Assembly: GCA_963833425.1 (NCBI GenBank)
Contig: CAWHXP010000003.1
Coordinates: forward strand, 352,001 to 416,000
Direction of reading: 5' to 3'
Source: an uncultured Methanosarcinaceae archaeon
GTDB taxonomy: Archaea; Halobacteriota; Methanosarcinia; Methanosarcinales; Methanosarcinaceae
Length of the DNA: 64,000 bases
Under the pieces are notes generated by a model that made no database searches, was not told the origin of the DNA, and saw nothing but the letters and a program-made list of their open reading frames with translations. The stretch's first letter is position 1. The number at the start of each line of letters is the position of its first letter. The position numbers and the translations under genes were made by a program. Shown here one piece after another: positions 1 through 10,230 of this stretch.

Positions 1-105
1 TTCCTTGATATCCACAAGAACGTTATAAGTCTCAATCATTTGGTCTCCGGAACCTGTAATTCCCCATGCTATGCGTTTAATTTTTTTTCCTAACGGTTCT
101 ACCAA
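1..105 (-). CDS. afpA: Archaeoflavoprotein AfpA, N-terminal part (runs off window start)
   Basis: Hand translation from TTG at 105 (GGAG RBS upstream): MVEPLGKKIKRIAWGITGSGDQMIETYNVLVDIKE; the RIAWGITGSG motif is typical of the AfpA flavoprotein family. Not in ORF track. Confidence 0.75.
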   Translation of the reverse strand, partial: MVEPLGKKIKRIAWGITGSGDQMIETYNVLVDIKE

Positions 106-1130
106 AATAACACTCTCCTGAAAAAGTTTCAATCTAAACTTTGGATGGATTTATTATCCTGATTAATTTGATTTTTAATTTTATTTCTGAAACTCATAGA
201 TTTTTCTGTAGCCCTCCTGAATTTAATTCTCATCTACCTCCTTCATATTTCAGATTTTTTGGCCTCAGATTTCGAAGCCACTTTATACTATAAGGTTTTC
301 CTGTGCTAGCTTCTTCAATGTTTTTCTAAAATATTCAATACGCTCCTGATCCCAGTAAATTCCTTATGTTCTGTTATCTTTCACCACAATTTTTCTCAGA
401 TTTGCTCCGAAAGAGCCACCTCCAATAGAGTTAATTTCATTGATTACATAATAATTTAGAATAATCTGGATGACGATAACTTCTAAGCCCATTTGGCCTC
501 ATAAATCTGTAATTCACATCCCTAATATAATGAAAATTTAATCATCTAACATAATAATCGAATAATTTTTCATCTGCATAAATGATCAGGAATTTATTTG
601 TTGATCAATAATTAAATATTTTGGGCATAAGTTTGCTTAGAAAAATCTTGTAGCCTTTGACAACAACAGCTCAGTAGATTACCACGATCGGTTTTGTATG
701 ACCATTAATTTTTCGCTGATATACAGAATTTCCTATTATTCAGGCATCAAGCCAATTATTTTGCCTTACGGCTCGGTTGAGATATAATTCCTGTTAATAA
801 AGCTTTTTTGTCCTAACACAGAAAATCACAGTGAATAAAAAAATTCATCGTTTTTCCTTTTGAGAATAATTAATAATTTCAACACCTTATTCTTCATTTG
901 AAACCTTCGGACTTTCTTGAATCAGATAAATGATCATCTTATTCCGAGGATTTTTTGATATTCCGTGAATTTTGGTAGGTGTTGCTTCTATTTATTATAT
1001 ATCCCCTTCGAAAGTACCAGTAAAAATTACTAGTGTGCCAGTAAAGTATCTCGGATACTAGAATATATCTGTATGGTTAATATTTCAAAATTCGATCATT
1101 TCGAACCCATTTGTATAACACAGATGTATA

Positions 1131-1217
1131 GGGGATTTCGATAGACCCAATTTTGTCATATGCTTATAAGTGGTACATAAAATAACTCATGAGAATCAGA
1201 AATTTATCGAAATCCTC
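1131..1217. mobile_element. MITE (~88 bp, IS5-type TIR)
   Basis: GGGGATTTCGATAGACC ... AATTTATCGAAATCCTC; ends match the TIR of the IS5 copies. Confidence 0.75.
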
Positions 1218-1430
1218 TTCAGAAGACACAAACAGGAAATTGGCATTATCTAAACAAAAATATAATCAGTTTTCATTTAAATAATCAAGTACTTAATTAC
1301 TTTGAGTAACTTTTTGATATTATCCTACCTTTGATGAAATTAATCCGTAGCTGACTAAATTTAGAATTATTATTGGACAGAAAAAGGATATAAAGCCGTA
1401 TAAACTCATTAGTTGTTAATGGTGAGTTAA

Positions 1431-1637
1431 ATGCCTTGTGGATACTGTGGGGAGAGGATAGAGTGGCTAGCATTCAAGTGTCATCAGTGCGGGATGTCTC
1501 TTTGCGTAAATTGCCGCTTACCAGAGAATCACGAATGTACGCCAGTTACTCGATGTTTAGGAACATTTGTATATAAAACAGTGGAGAAACCCAAAAAAAG
1601 GGAAAAAGATGACGCACATGCGAGCATAGATATTTGA
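1431..1637 (+). CDS. AN1-type zinc finger protein
   Basis: CxxC...CxxCxxxxCxxCRLPExHxC pattern; GGTGAG RBS and TATA-like box upstream. Confidence 0.75.
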   Translation: MPCGYCGERIEWLAFKCHQCGMSLCVNCRLPENHECTPVTRCLGTFVYKTVEKPKKREKDDAHASIDI

Positions 1638-2312
1638 ATATTTTTAATCTTTTCGAGATCTTATAAGACAATGTATTTGCTGGGGAGAGTAACTGTGAAC
1701 CTGATTAGTGTATAAAAAGATTTTAAATCGTTCCAATAATGCTACTTTTTAGGTCCTGCTGACATATTGTATAGATGCACGTTCCGATCCTGTACCGTAC
1801 AAGGAAGCTCCACTCATATATTATCCTACAAAATATATTATATTATAACATGGAGATATAATGTTTCCTGGCACTCGTAACTGACAATGAAACTCCATCA
1901 GATACACCTTTCTAGACTCGTTCGGTTATATATCATCGAGGAATATCAGCGATTGCAGATCTACATTCTGAACGGTCAAGAAGTCGACAACCTAGTCACC
2001 GAACGTATTGACTATGCTCTATTTAGGAATATCAAGAACGGTGACCGCTATTTTGAAGGAATCCATGTCAAGAAACTGCGGTATATGCTCTGTCGCGTGC
2101 AAGAACTGAAATGACATGTTGCGGTCCCCCTACGACATCCTATCTGCAAAACGAATGCCATTCTGGAATCGCTGCTTCACGACAGATACACTGGGTAAGA
2201 GCATATTGGAGCCGGAGCAGCAAAAAATAAAAGACCAAAATGTATCCCAGCGAGAAGGTGGAAGCGTGGCAAAAATGAGCATAAGATACCGAATTTGGAG
2301 GAGCGAGAACAG

Positions 2313-2489
2313 ATGACCGAGAAGGAGAACCAAGCAATAAGCTATCTTGCAAATAAGAGAGCATGCCTCGCTTGGCTTCGGACAGCGATTGCCTTAATCA
2401 GCTTTAGCCTCGCAGTAGCCCAGTTTCTAGAACGCAAAGTCGTACCCTGTGTACCCCTCGGAGCACGTCAACCATCATGGTGGAGATGA
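2313..2489 (+). pseudogene. YidH/DUF202 membrane protein, truncated
   Basis: YLANKRACLAWLRTAIALISFSLAVAQF resembles the DUF202 motif (HLANERTFLAWLRT); only the first TM segment is present and the ORF ends 3 bp from the frhB stop. Confidence 0.6.
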
Positions 2490-2492
2490 ATT

Positions 2493-3368
2493 TTAGGCGT
2501 AAGGATCCCGCAGAGCCTTGTTGAATCCGAAAGTCTTGCGCTCCTCGACCGTCTTCCGATTCTTGTCGATCTTTTCCTTCGCGAGCTTCGTGACGAGCTC
2601 GAGGCCGGGCTTGACCCCCTCAATAGGCTTCGTCTCGAACATGCCCGCAGCTACCGCCTTGGACCAGACGTCATTCCCCACCTTAGTGCGAACGAAGACC
2701 GTGGACCAGCCGTCGGGGCTCCCGACCGAGCCGGTCGAGATGTCGGCGAGGTTGGAGACGTAATCGAGACATACGTGGCAGCCAGGCTGCTCGTACTTGT
2801 GAGTCACCTTGAGTGGCAGGGCGACAACTTTACCGCGCTCTGTGTAGACCCAGTACTTGCCCTTCCCGATTTCCATCCTCTTCACGGAGCTAAGGCTCTG
2901 GCCCGCATGATCCTCAACAATGGTCTGCATGGACTTGTACGGGAAGTTCTCCATGCAGAAGAGCCCTACGGCAAGGGCGATCTTGTCCGGGACATCCCGC
3001 AAGTTGATGGGATAGAGTTGAGCCTTCCTGACCGCCTGCATCTGGCAGCAGACGCCTGTGACCCCGACCTTGTCGAGGCCGAAGGACCGAGTAGCCTCCT
3101 TGAGCCAGGAAATCTGGGGGCTGATGTTGTATTTCGTCCCTCGTGCCTTGAGGATGTCCTCGCGACTCATCGCGACAAACGGCCTGGGCTGCCAGGGCCG
3201 GTCGCCCTCGCCTGCCACAATGGCCCCGTCGATGATACCCTGCTCTAGGCCATAGACTATGAGTGTGGTGGCAATGCCGCCGTCCTGTGCCTTCTGTAGG
3301 ATCTCCTTGTCCGTGCTCCGTGCCGAGACGCATGTCGTGTATTTGCCGAGATATGGATCTGCAACCAT
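2493..3368 (-). CDS. frhB: Coenzyme F420-reducing hydrogenase beta subunit
   Basis: AQDGG, GVCCQ, GLFCMENF, CHVCLDY, DISTGSVGSPDGWS motifs; ATG at 3368 follows a GAGGTGA RBS. Confidence 0.95.
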   Translation of the reverse strand: MVADPYLGKYTTCVSARSTDKEILQKAQDGGIATTLIVYGLEQGIIDGAIVAGEGDRPWQPRPFVAMSREDILKARGTKYNISPQISWLKEATRSFGLDKVGVTGVCCQMQAVRKAQLYPINLRDVPDKIALAVGLFCMENFPYKSMQTIVEDHAGQSLSSVKRMEIGKGKYWVYTERGKVVALPLKVTHKYEQPGCHVCLDYVSNLADISTGSVGSPDGWSTVFVRTKVGNDVWSKAVAAGMFETKPIEGVKPGLELVTKLAKEKIDKNRKTVEERKTFGFNKALRDPYA

Positions 3369-3378
3369 TTTTCTCACC

Positions 3379-4212
3379 TCACTTGAGCGCTTCAGCGATG
3401 ATCTCGCTGATGCACTCGAATTCAGGAATCACATCGAAGTTGAAGAACGACCGTGGGCAGGCACCGTAGCAGGAACCACACTTGATGCAGAGGTCACGCT
3501 GACCCTGCGGCTTCCCGAATTCGTGTGTAATCGCCCGCACTGGGCAGGATGCAGCGCAAGTGCCGCAGCCTATGCAAAGGCCCTGGTTGATAACGTCATT
3601 CATCAGGTCGCAGAAACATGCAGTTGTGCCGCGCTTCGCAAGGTCCATGAGAGGTTTTAAGTACTTGCCCGCAAGGACCTTCTGGTCTGCGTCCCCCTGC
3701 ATGAGCAGGTATGACATGACGGTGACGTTCCTTATGAGCTCCGGGCTCGGGGGGCATCCGGGGATATAGACATCCACGTCGATGAGATTCCCGATGGGGA
3801 GGAAGGACTCGTGCTGGGGCTGATTGTGCTGCCCACCACGGCAGAACCGGGTGATGTTCCCGTAACTCGCACAGGAGCCGAGGGCCACAACGACCTTGGA
3901 CTTCTTCCGCGTCTCCTTGATCTCCTCAACCGATTCATGGTCCTGGATGCAGACCGATCCCTCGACGAGCGCCACGTCCATCTCTGGGATCTGCCGGACG
4001 TCTGCGAGCGTGAGGCAATATACGAGGTCGGCGTAGTCGTCCAGAATCTTTATGAGTCCCAAGTAATTGTCGGCCACGGACACGAGGCAGCCGGTACAGC
4101 CGCTCATGTGTACATGCCCAAGCTTGATCTTGTTTGCCACTGGTTTCGCCTCCTTTATAGCTTCCACCTTATTCTCCGTCTCAACCGGAGCGGGCTTGGC
4201 TTCCCCGCCCAT
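3379..4212 (-). CDS. frhG: Coenzyme F420-reducing hydrogenase gamma subunit
   Basis: GCTGC, GSCA, PGCPP small-subunit motifs plus a 2x[4Fe-4S] C-terminal domain; true start may be the GTG at 4140 (GAGGCG RBS). Confidence 0.95.
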   Translation of the reverse strand: MGGEAKPAPVETENKVEAIKEAKPVANKIKLGHVHMSGCTGCLVSVADNYLGLIKILDDYADLVYCLTLADVRQIPEMDVALVEGSVCIQDHESVEEIKETRKKSKVVVALGSCASYGNITRFCRGGQHNQPQHESFLPIGNLIDVDVYIPGCPPSPELIRNVTVMSYLLMQGDADQKVLAGKYLKPLMDLAKRGTTACFCDLMNDVINQGLCIGCGTCAASCPVRAITHEFGKPQGQRDLCIKCGSCYGACPRSFFNFDVIPEFECISEIIAEALK

Positions 4213-4228
4213 GGATTTCTTGATGGAG

Positions 4229-4708
4229 TTAAGCAGTCCAATAGTTCATACCGATTTCCTTCAATATCTCGGATACAGCTCCGGGAATAGCTCTCTGTAC
4301 CTCGTCTGTAATCCCGATGACCATCTCTGGGGCAGAAACGTACTTCTTTTGACATGCAAGGACCCGGATCCGGATATCATCCTTGATGCGCTGGAGCGGC
4401 TCGGTCAGATCCCAGGAATGCGCGTCCCGGTAGCTCCCCACAGGGAGCTCGTCAACGGTGAGCCATCTGAGAGCGCCGGGTTCTCCCCCGAAGTCCGCGA
4501 TGTCCACGATGATAAGAGTCTTCGTGGACTCGGAATTAAGGAGGGTAAAGATGAAATGTGGACCCCCTAGACCCGCGTCAACGACTGTAACGTTTTCGGG
4601 GAGTTCAAGGCCCTTGAGACTCTCCACTACTGCAGGTCCGAACCCATCATCCGCATATAGCGGATTGCCGCAGCCTGCCACCACAATTTCGGAGTATAGC
4701 ATTTCCAT
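4229..4708 (-). CDS. frhD: Hydrogenase maturation endopeptidase FrhD
   Basis: VAGCGNPLYADDGFGP, VVDAG, DAHSW motifs; lies between frhA and frhG; start moved to the ATG downstream of the frhA stop. Confidence 0.92.
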   Translation of the reverse strand: MEMLYSEIVVAGCGNPLYADDGFGPAVVESLKGLELPENVTVVDAGLGGPHFIFTLLNSESTKTLIIVDIADFGGEPGALRWLTVDELPVGSYRDAHSWDLTEPLQRIKDDIRIRVLACQKKYVSAPEMVIGITDEVQRAIPGAVSEILKEIGMNYWTA

Positions 4709-4713
4709 TCCCT

Positions 4714-6081
4714 TCACTCGATGAGCTTCTGAGCGACTATCTTGTTCTCCTCGTCCACCACGATCATATGGGTTGCGCACGAGACGCATGGGTCATAGGC
4801 CCGAATGACCATTTCGGCGATCTGCCAGGGTGCTCCCGTCAGACTGCGGCTGCATGTTGGGAGGTTCCACGTTGTAGGCACAAGCATCTCGTACCACAGA
4901 ACCCGACCGTCCTTCACCCGTGCGATGTGGACATCAGTACCGCGCGGTGCCTCGTTCGCGGCCCAGCCCATGGACCCATCTCCCTGGGGGATGGTGTCCG
5001 CGAGAACCTTGCCCGAGGTATCCAGGTTGTCAAGGCACTTGAGGATGGAGTAGCAGCAGTCGGGGTACTCCAACTGCCTGGCGATGTGCTGGGCGAAGGT
5101 GCCCTTCTCAGTGAAGCTCTTGAAGGTTGCGAGCCTTGCCCTCGGGCCGACTTCTACCGGCTGGCCATCGTAGATCGGAACACCGGTACAGGCCTCCATC
5201 TGGGGGTTGGCCTTGGTGCCGACCTTCGTGGTGCCGCCGGTTGGATAGTTTGGATCCTCTAGATCAATGGTTACCTCATCCATGTACCAGTCCCATGGCC
5301 GAGTCTCCGTCCACCTGGCGAAGTCCCACATGGGATTCTCGTCCAGACTGGAGGAGCCGTACATTGGGGATGTAGCCATGACCCCCTGGTCATGGTACCC
5401 GAGCATCTTGGGAATCGGGATCTTCTTGCCCGCGACATCGGTGAATTCCCGGTTTTGCATGTTCTTGATGACCGCGAGCATGAACTCCATTTGCTCGTGG
5501 GCAAGGACGAGGCCTTCCTTCGCAAGGTCGGCCATTTTCTGCTTTGCCAGGTGGCTTACGTTGCGGTACATCCCGCCGACCCTCGGGTTAGAAGGGTGGA
5601 TAGCCTCTCCGCCTGCGATGGCTCCAATGGTCTGTCCGATCTCGCGGATGCGGATGATCCTCGCTGCAACGCTCCTGACAGACTGCTCCTTGCTGAACGG
5701 GTTGATCTTCGTCTCCGTCCCCGGTATGTAAAAGTCAGGGAGGATAAGGATGTTGTGCAGGGCGATGCTGTGGAGGCGGTTCGCAGCATGGAGAATGACC
5801 CGCAGGAGCTTTGCATCCGTTGGGATCTCGCAGCCGACAGAGGCCTCCATGGACTCGATGCCCGCCAAACAGTGGGCGATGGGACATATACCGCAGACCC
5901 GAGAAGCGATCTTCGGGACCTGGTCCATCGTCTTACCTATGGCGAGCTTCTCAATACCCCTAACCGGTGTGATGGAGAGCCAGTCTCCTCGCTCGACGAT
6001 GCCCTGATCATTCACCTTCAGGGTGAGCTTGGAGTGGCCTTCGTGTCTCGTGGTTGGAGAGATCTCTACAACTTTCGACAA
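4714..6081 (-). CDS. frhA: Coenzyme F420-reducing [NiFe] hydrogenase alpha subunit
   Basis: RVCGIC (L1) and YDPCVSCATH (L2) Ni-binding motifs with a cleavable C-terminal tail; TTG start with GAGGCG RBS. Confidence 0.96.
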   Translation of the reverse strand: MSKVVEISPTTRHEGHSKLTLKVNDQGIVERGDWLSITPVRGIEKLAIGKTMDQVPKIASRVCGICPIAHCLAGIESMEASVGCEIPTDAKLLRVILHAANRLHSIALHNILILPDFYIPGTETKINPFSKEQSVRSVAARIIRIREIGQTIGAIAGGEAIHPSNPRVGGMYRNVSHLAKQKMADLAKEGLVLAHEQMEFMLAVIKNMQNREFTDVAGKKIPIPKMLGYHDQGVMATSPMYGSSSLDENPMWDFARWTETRPWDWYMDEVTIDLEDPNYPTGGTTKVGTKANPQMEACTGVPIYDGQPVEVGPRARLATFKSFTEKGTFAQHIARQLEYPDCCYSILKCLDNLDTSGKVLADTIPQGDGSMGWAANEAPRGTDVHIARVKDGRVLWYEMLVPTTWNLPTCSRSLTGAPWQIAEMVIRAYDPCVSCATHMIVVDEENKIVAQKLIE

Positions 6082-6723
6082 TAGTATCGCCTCGTTTTCG
6101 ATTCGGTGTTCTTCAGGCTGTACCGTGGTTAATGCACTCTGTGCGATTAATCTAATGATAGTTACCCGTACGTAAAGTACGTTAACCCCTTACTTTCTCC
6201 AGCGCGTTAGTTATAGTTTTCGTTTTGGAACCAACGTCAGTTTTTGGAATATACGAATGGAAAAAAATGTACAATTCGAAGCGAGAGAAGTCTTGTGACT
6301 TGGAGAACATTCCGTCTTTGGAACCCGGCCCTGAAAGATCTGATTTTTCAGCCTCCTCCGAAATAGAGCTTCGTGGGTTCTTTCCGGAGAATAAGGTGTT
6401 TCATAGCTATGACTAAAATGAAATAGATTCTAAAAGAAATAAAAATACAAAAAAATTTTGATCGATTTAAATTTGACCATGTAGATGTTAGTAGGAGCGT
6501 ATATCTTTCAAAGAGCGTAAATAAGACAAAGGTTATCCTAGAATATTAGTAATTTTTTGAGAAATCAATAGTATTAAAATTTTTACACTAATCTACATTC
6601 AAGCGAAATATATTATTTTTATCGATACTTTGAAATATTTGAAATATTAAAGTTTTCAGCTAACTTCGAACCTTAAAATTATCCATATTCCTTAGACTTA
6701 ACAGAACCGTACTAAAACTATTG

Positions 6724-6840
6724 TAGGACTTACGCGGTTGAGCTAATAAATGATAACAATAGACCTTTAGACTGTCCAAAACATAATGTTTATGATAAAC
6801 TTGCTCGTCTTGAATTTGGTCTTTAAGTGCGTCAGTCCCA
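6724..6840. mobile_element. Putative MITE of a second family (117 bp)
   Basis: Imperfect terminal inverted repeats TAGGACTTACGC ... GCGTCAGTCCCA around a non-coding AT-rich core. Confidence 0.5.
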
Positions 6841-7363
6841 TATTGTTAACTATACAGCACTGCGAGCATTAAGTACGGATAATTTATTATATAACATAAA
6901 GCTAATTTTACAAATGTTCACTGGAATTAAAGAATCTGAATAGACCTATACTGATAAATTAGAAAGCATGTAATGTGGTTTACTTTGTGCCCATGGGTAA
7001 TTGTAGTTTGAAAAGGATATTAAAAACAGACAAATTTCGTTGTTCATAATCATTTTGCACCTTAGTGGATTATATAAAACAAGAGAATAATTCTAGACAA
7101 GAGTTCGTAGAATCTTCTCGGATTAAGTCTTGTATAGCTAGCTTCCAACCTACCAAATTGTCTATCCCCAAAGACTTACGATCTGGTTTTACAGTATATA
7201 CATTTATATAGAGATTCTATTTGCCAACGATGAATTAAAATTTAGTTATTACCTAAAAAATTGAAATTATAATAAAACAATAGCTACAGACAACATTCAA
7301 AGAAAAAGATATGTTCATGAAAACATAATCAATATCTAGCATCTAATATTCGAGGTGACTAGT

Positions 7364-7645
7364 ATAGCTGGTGCGAGAAATTTTGTTTTATGAACCGAAT
7401 ACGGCAATAAGAGTGGTTTTTCCACTAGAAAACATCTCTTCAGGCTGCACTAAAAGCTGCAAACAGGAGCAAAGGGACAAAATCCAAACGGGAAATTATC
7501 CGCCTCAGGAAATGCGGAACAAAGAAGGTACACATTTGCAGAGCATGAAAACAAATTGTAAAAGCTCCCGAAAAGAGGCCGAGCTGGTGCCAGAGAAAAT
7601 TAGCAAACCCTTTGTCAAAAAAAATCGAAATAATCGAATAAAAAG
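7364..7645 (+). pseudogene. Non-histone chromosomal protein MC1 pseudogene
   Basis: Fragments in shifting frames: ARNFVL*, QAALKAANRSKGTKSKREIIRLRKCGTKKVH, PEKISKPFVKK match MC1; start mutated to ATA after a GAGGTGA RBS; in-frame stops and frameshifts. Confidence 0.85.
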
Positions 7646-8758
7646 AAGTAAAAGCTTAATACAATAAAAAGAAGTAGTAGAGTATTAAGGACTTCTATTA
7701 TATTGCACCTGCTCTAATTTATCCAGAAAGTTGTGTGTGGCGTAGGTACTATATAAATCAAAAAATAAATGTATTGTAGTATGTAGTACTACACAAAATA
7801 CTAAATTTGTTGATAACTAAATTATTATCTACTTCTCAAAGTTTAAAGTAAATTATAAAATAACAAAATTAATTTCTTGATGACTTCTTAATATTTTCAA
7901 AAATTTGTCTAAAATTAACCATTAAAAACCAAAATCAATGAAATGAACCACAAAATAATATTTTGTATAATATTCACTTTAGTATAACTGATATAATATA
8001 ACTTTCCCTTTAATATACTCTTCATAAACTTATTAATTAAAGAATAGATATTAAGAAGTAAAATGAACAAATGTAGCCTTTATTCATACACTTTACTACA
8101 TTCTGACTAGTAGAAAAATATTTTAAGTATGAAATAAATTAGATGTTTAAGTCACTCGTTTTAATTACTTATGAGTTCAAGCATGCATAAGATCTAAGCT
8201 GGGGGTGATCTAAAAAAGATGGATTACAGTTCTTTAAGGTCAGATTTCCATAAACTATACAGGACCTAAAGAGAAATATTTTTGTTCGTACCGTTAATCT
8301 GGAGGCATGAAGCAAAAACCGGGAATTTGAATAATTTTTTTTCAAGTTGGAAAGCTAAATTTTAGAAAATATGATTCTACTTTTGGTATTTCAAGATGAT
8401 TATATAGAAATTATTGAGAGTTTCGATGAACATCTTATTTTCACGAGTCATTTACATGCCATTTACAAGCATATGACAAAATTTAGGGATTTATGTAAAT
8501 CCACTATCGATGGCGAAATTCCTTTTCAACAACTTGGGGCCAGAATTATAAATATGAATAAACTGATAGCAAATACCAACATACCCGTATTACTGTACAT
8601 TTAGAGAGAATAAATAAATTACATATCATCGATCACATGATAATTACCGCGTTAACCGCAGGAATGAAAACATGCTTGAGAAATTGGTCTTAATAAACAA
8701 AGGAAGCTACACATTGAACAACATATAAAAAATAACGTAAAAAAGCTGGTAGAACCGA

Positions 8759-8920
8759 ATGAAAATTAATGATAACTGTGTAGGATGCGGACAGTGTGTT
8801 TCTTTTTGCGATCAGGGAGCAATAGAGGTAAAAGGAAAAGCAAAAGCAACTTCTGCCTGTATAGGATGTGAGACATGTTTTTGGTACTGCCCGGTTAAAG
8901 CAATAGAGGTATCGATGTGA
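8759..8920 (+). CDS. 2x[4Fe-4S] ferredoxin (53 aa)
   Basis: MKINDNCVGCGQCVSFCDQGAIEVKGKAKATSACIGCETCFWYCPVKAIEVSM; two CxxCxxCxxxC motifs; stop overlaps the next start (GTGA). Below the ORF-track cutoff. Confidence 0.85.
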   Translation: MKINDNCVGCGQCVSFCDQGAIEVKGKAKATSACIGCETCFWYCPVKAIEVSM

Positions 8921-10194
8921 AAGCAATTATTATTGGCGCCGGTTTAGGAGGGCTCTTAAGTGCCGCCAAACTTTCGCAGGTAGGATACCAAGTAGAAGTT
9001 TTTGAGAGACTTCAAATCATTGGAGGGAGATTTACAAATCTCAATTACAGAGGCTTCCAGCTTTCCAGCGGAGCTTTACACACACTTCCTCATGGACCCA
9101 CAGGTCCTCTAGCCCAATTTTTAAATGAAGTAAATGCTGATGTGCAGATTATTCGATCAGACCAGCCAACCATACGCATGCCTCTAGAAAAAAGTAATCC
9201 TAATTACAGAAAAGGCTTCAAGGACATTTATTTCAACGAATTTTTCATACCTCTTTCCAACAAAGACCGCCTGAAAATTGCTCTCCTTATCGTGAGTACA
9301 AGAAAAAACCGCCCTACAGGAAGCAATTTGAATGCATGGATCAGAAATCAATTTAAGGATGAATGGCTTTTGAGATTTGCAGACTCCTTCTGCGGCTGGT
9401 CCCTTAGCCTGAAAAGTGACAGTGTCCCCTTGGAAGAATATTTTGAAATGATTGAAAACATGTATAAATTTGGTGGCCCAGGCGTCCCGATTGGAGGCTG
9501 CAAAGGAATTATAGATGCCTTAGAATCTGTAATTGTTGCAAATGGTGGGAAGATTTATGATAAGACCGAAGTATCGAAAATTCTTATGAAAAACGGAAGA
9601 ACAGCAGGTATTATTGCTGGAGACAGAGTATATGAAGCAAATCTGATCATCAGTAATCTTGGGCATGCAGCAACTGCCTTTCTTTGTAGTGAATCTCTGC
9701 TAGATAAAACATACTCCGACTACCTCAAAATGCTTGAGATCCTAAAGCCCTCTGCTGGAATAAAAATTTGCCTTGCAGCAGATGAGCCTTTAATAGGGCA
9801 TTCCGGGATCTTGCTAACTCCATATGCAAAAAGGGTAAATGGAATTAATGAAGTTACGCATATTGACCCAAACTTGGCTCCACCTGGCAAACACCTTACA
9901 ATGACCCACCAGCAAACAGCCCCTGAGAATCTGAAAAATCTAAGTGTTGAAATCGAATTAGGTCTTGAAGATCTTAAAGAAATATTCCCAGGCAAAAAAT
10001 ATGAAGTTTTACTCATTCAATCATATCATGACGATTGGCCTGTGAATAGGGTAGCCTCAGGTATGGATCCAGGCAATGAGACCCCGATTACTGGACTTTA
10101 CGTAGTAGGAGATGGCGCAAAAGGTAAAGGAGGCATCGAAGTCGAAGGAGTGGCATTAGGAGTAGCCGCAACCATGAAGAAAATACTCTGCTAA
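8917..10194 (+). CDS. Phytoene desaturase (CrtI)-like FAD-dependent oxidoreductase, possible geranylgeranyl reductase
   Basis: N-terminal GAGLGGL Rossmann motif, IGGRF, C-terminal GLYVVGDG. Confidence 0.8.
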   Translation: MKAIIIGAGLGGLLSAAKLSQVGYQVEVFERLQIIGGRFTNLNYRGFQLSSGALHTLPHGPTGPLAQFLNEVNADVQIIRSDQPTIRMPLEKSNPNYRKGFKDIYFNEFFIPLSNKDRLKIALLIVSTRKNRPTGSNLNAWIRNQFKDEWLLRFADSFCGWSLSLKSDSVPLEEYFEMIENMYKFGGPGVPIGGCKGIIDALESVIVANGGKIYDKTEVSKILMKNGRTAGIIAGDRVYEANLIISNLGHAATAFLCSESLLDKTYSDYLKMLEILKPSAGIKICLAADEPLIGHSGILLTPYAKRVNGINEVTHIDPNLAPPGKHLTMTHQQTAPENLKNLSVEIELGLEDLKEIFPGKKYEVLLIQSYHDDWPVNRVASGMDPGNETPITGLYVVGDGAKGKGGIEVEGVALGVAATMKKILC

Positions 10195-10230
10195 ATTTAA
10201 GGATGAAACAAATTCAACAGGTGTTTTACC

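Noticed and set aside
2518..6084. Many long plus-strand and alternate-frame ORFs over frhADGB
   Set aside because: Shadow ORFs caused by high GC3; no motifs, and they overlap well-supported genes.
7371..7667. 98-aa ORF as a real protein
   Set aside because: Misframed read-through of the MC1 pseudogene.
8219..8690. Gene-like relic upstream of the ferredoxin (similar unassigned relics at ~300-1000, 1887-2290, 20330-21120, 29450-30100, 41316-41510, 44560-44960)
   Set aside because: Probably decayed genes, but I could not assign a family with confidence by eye; needs a frameshift-aware homology search.
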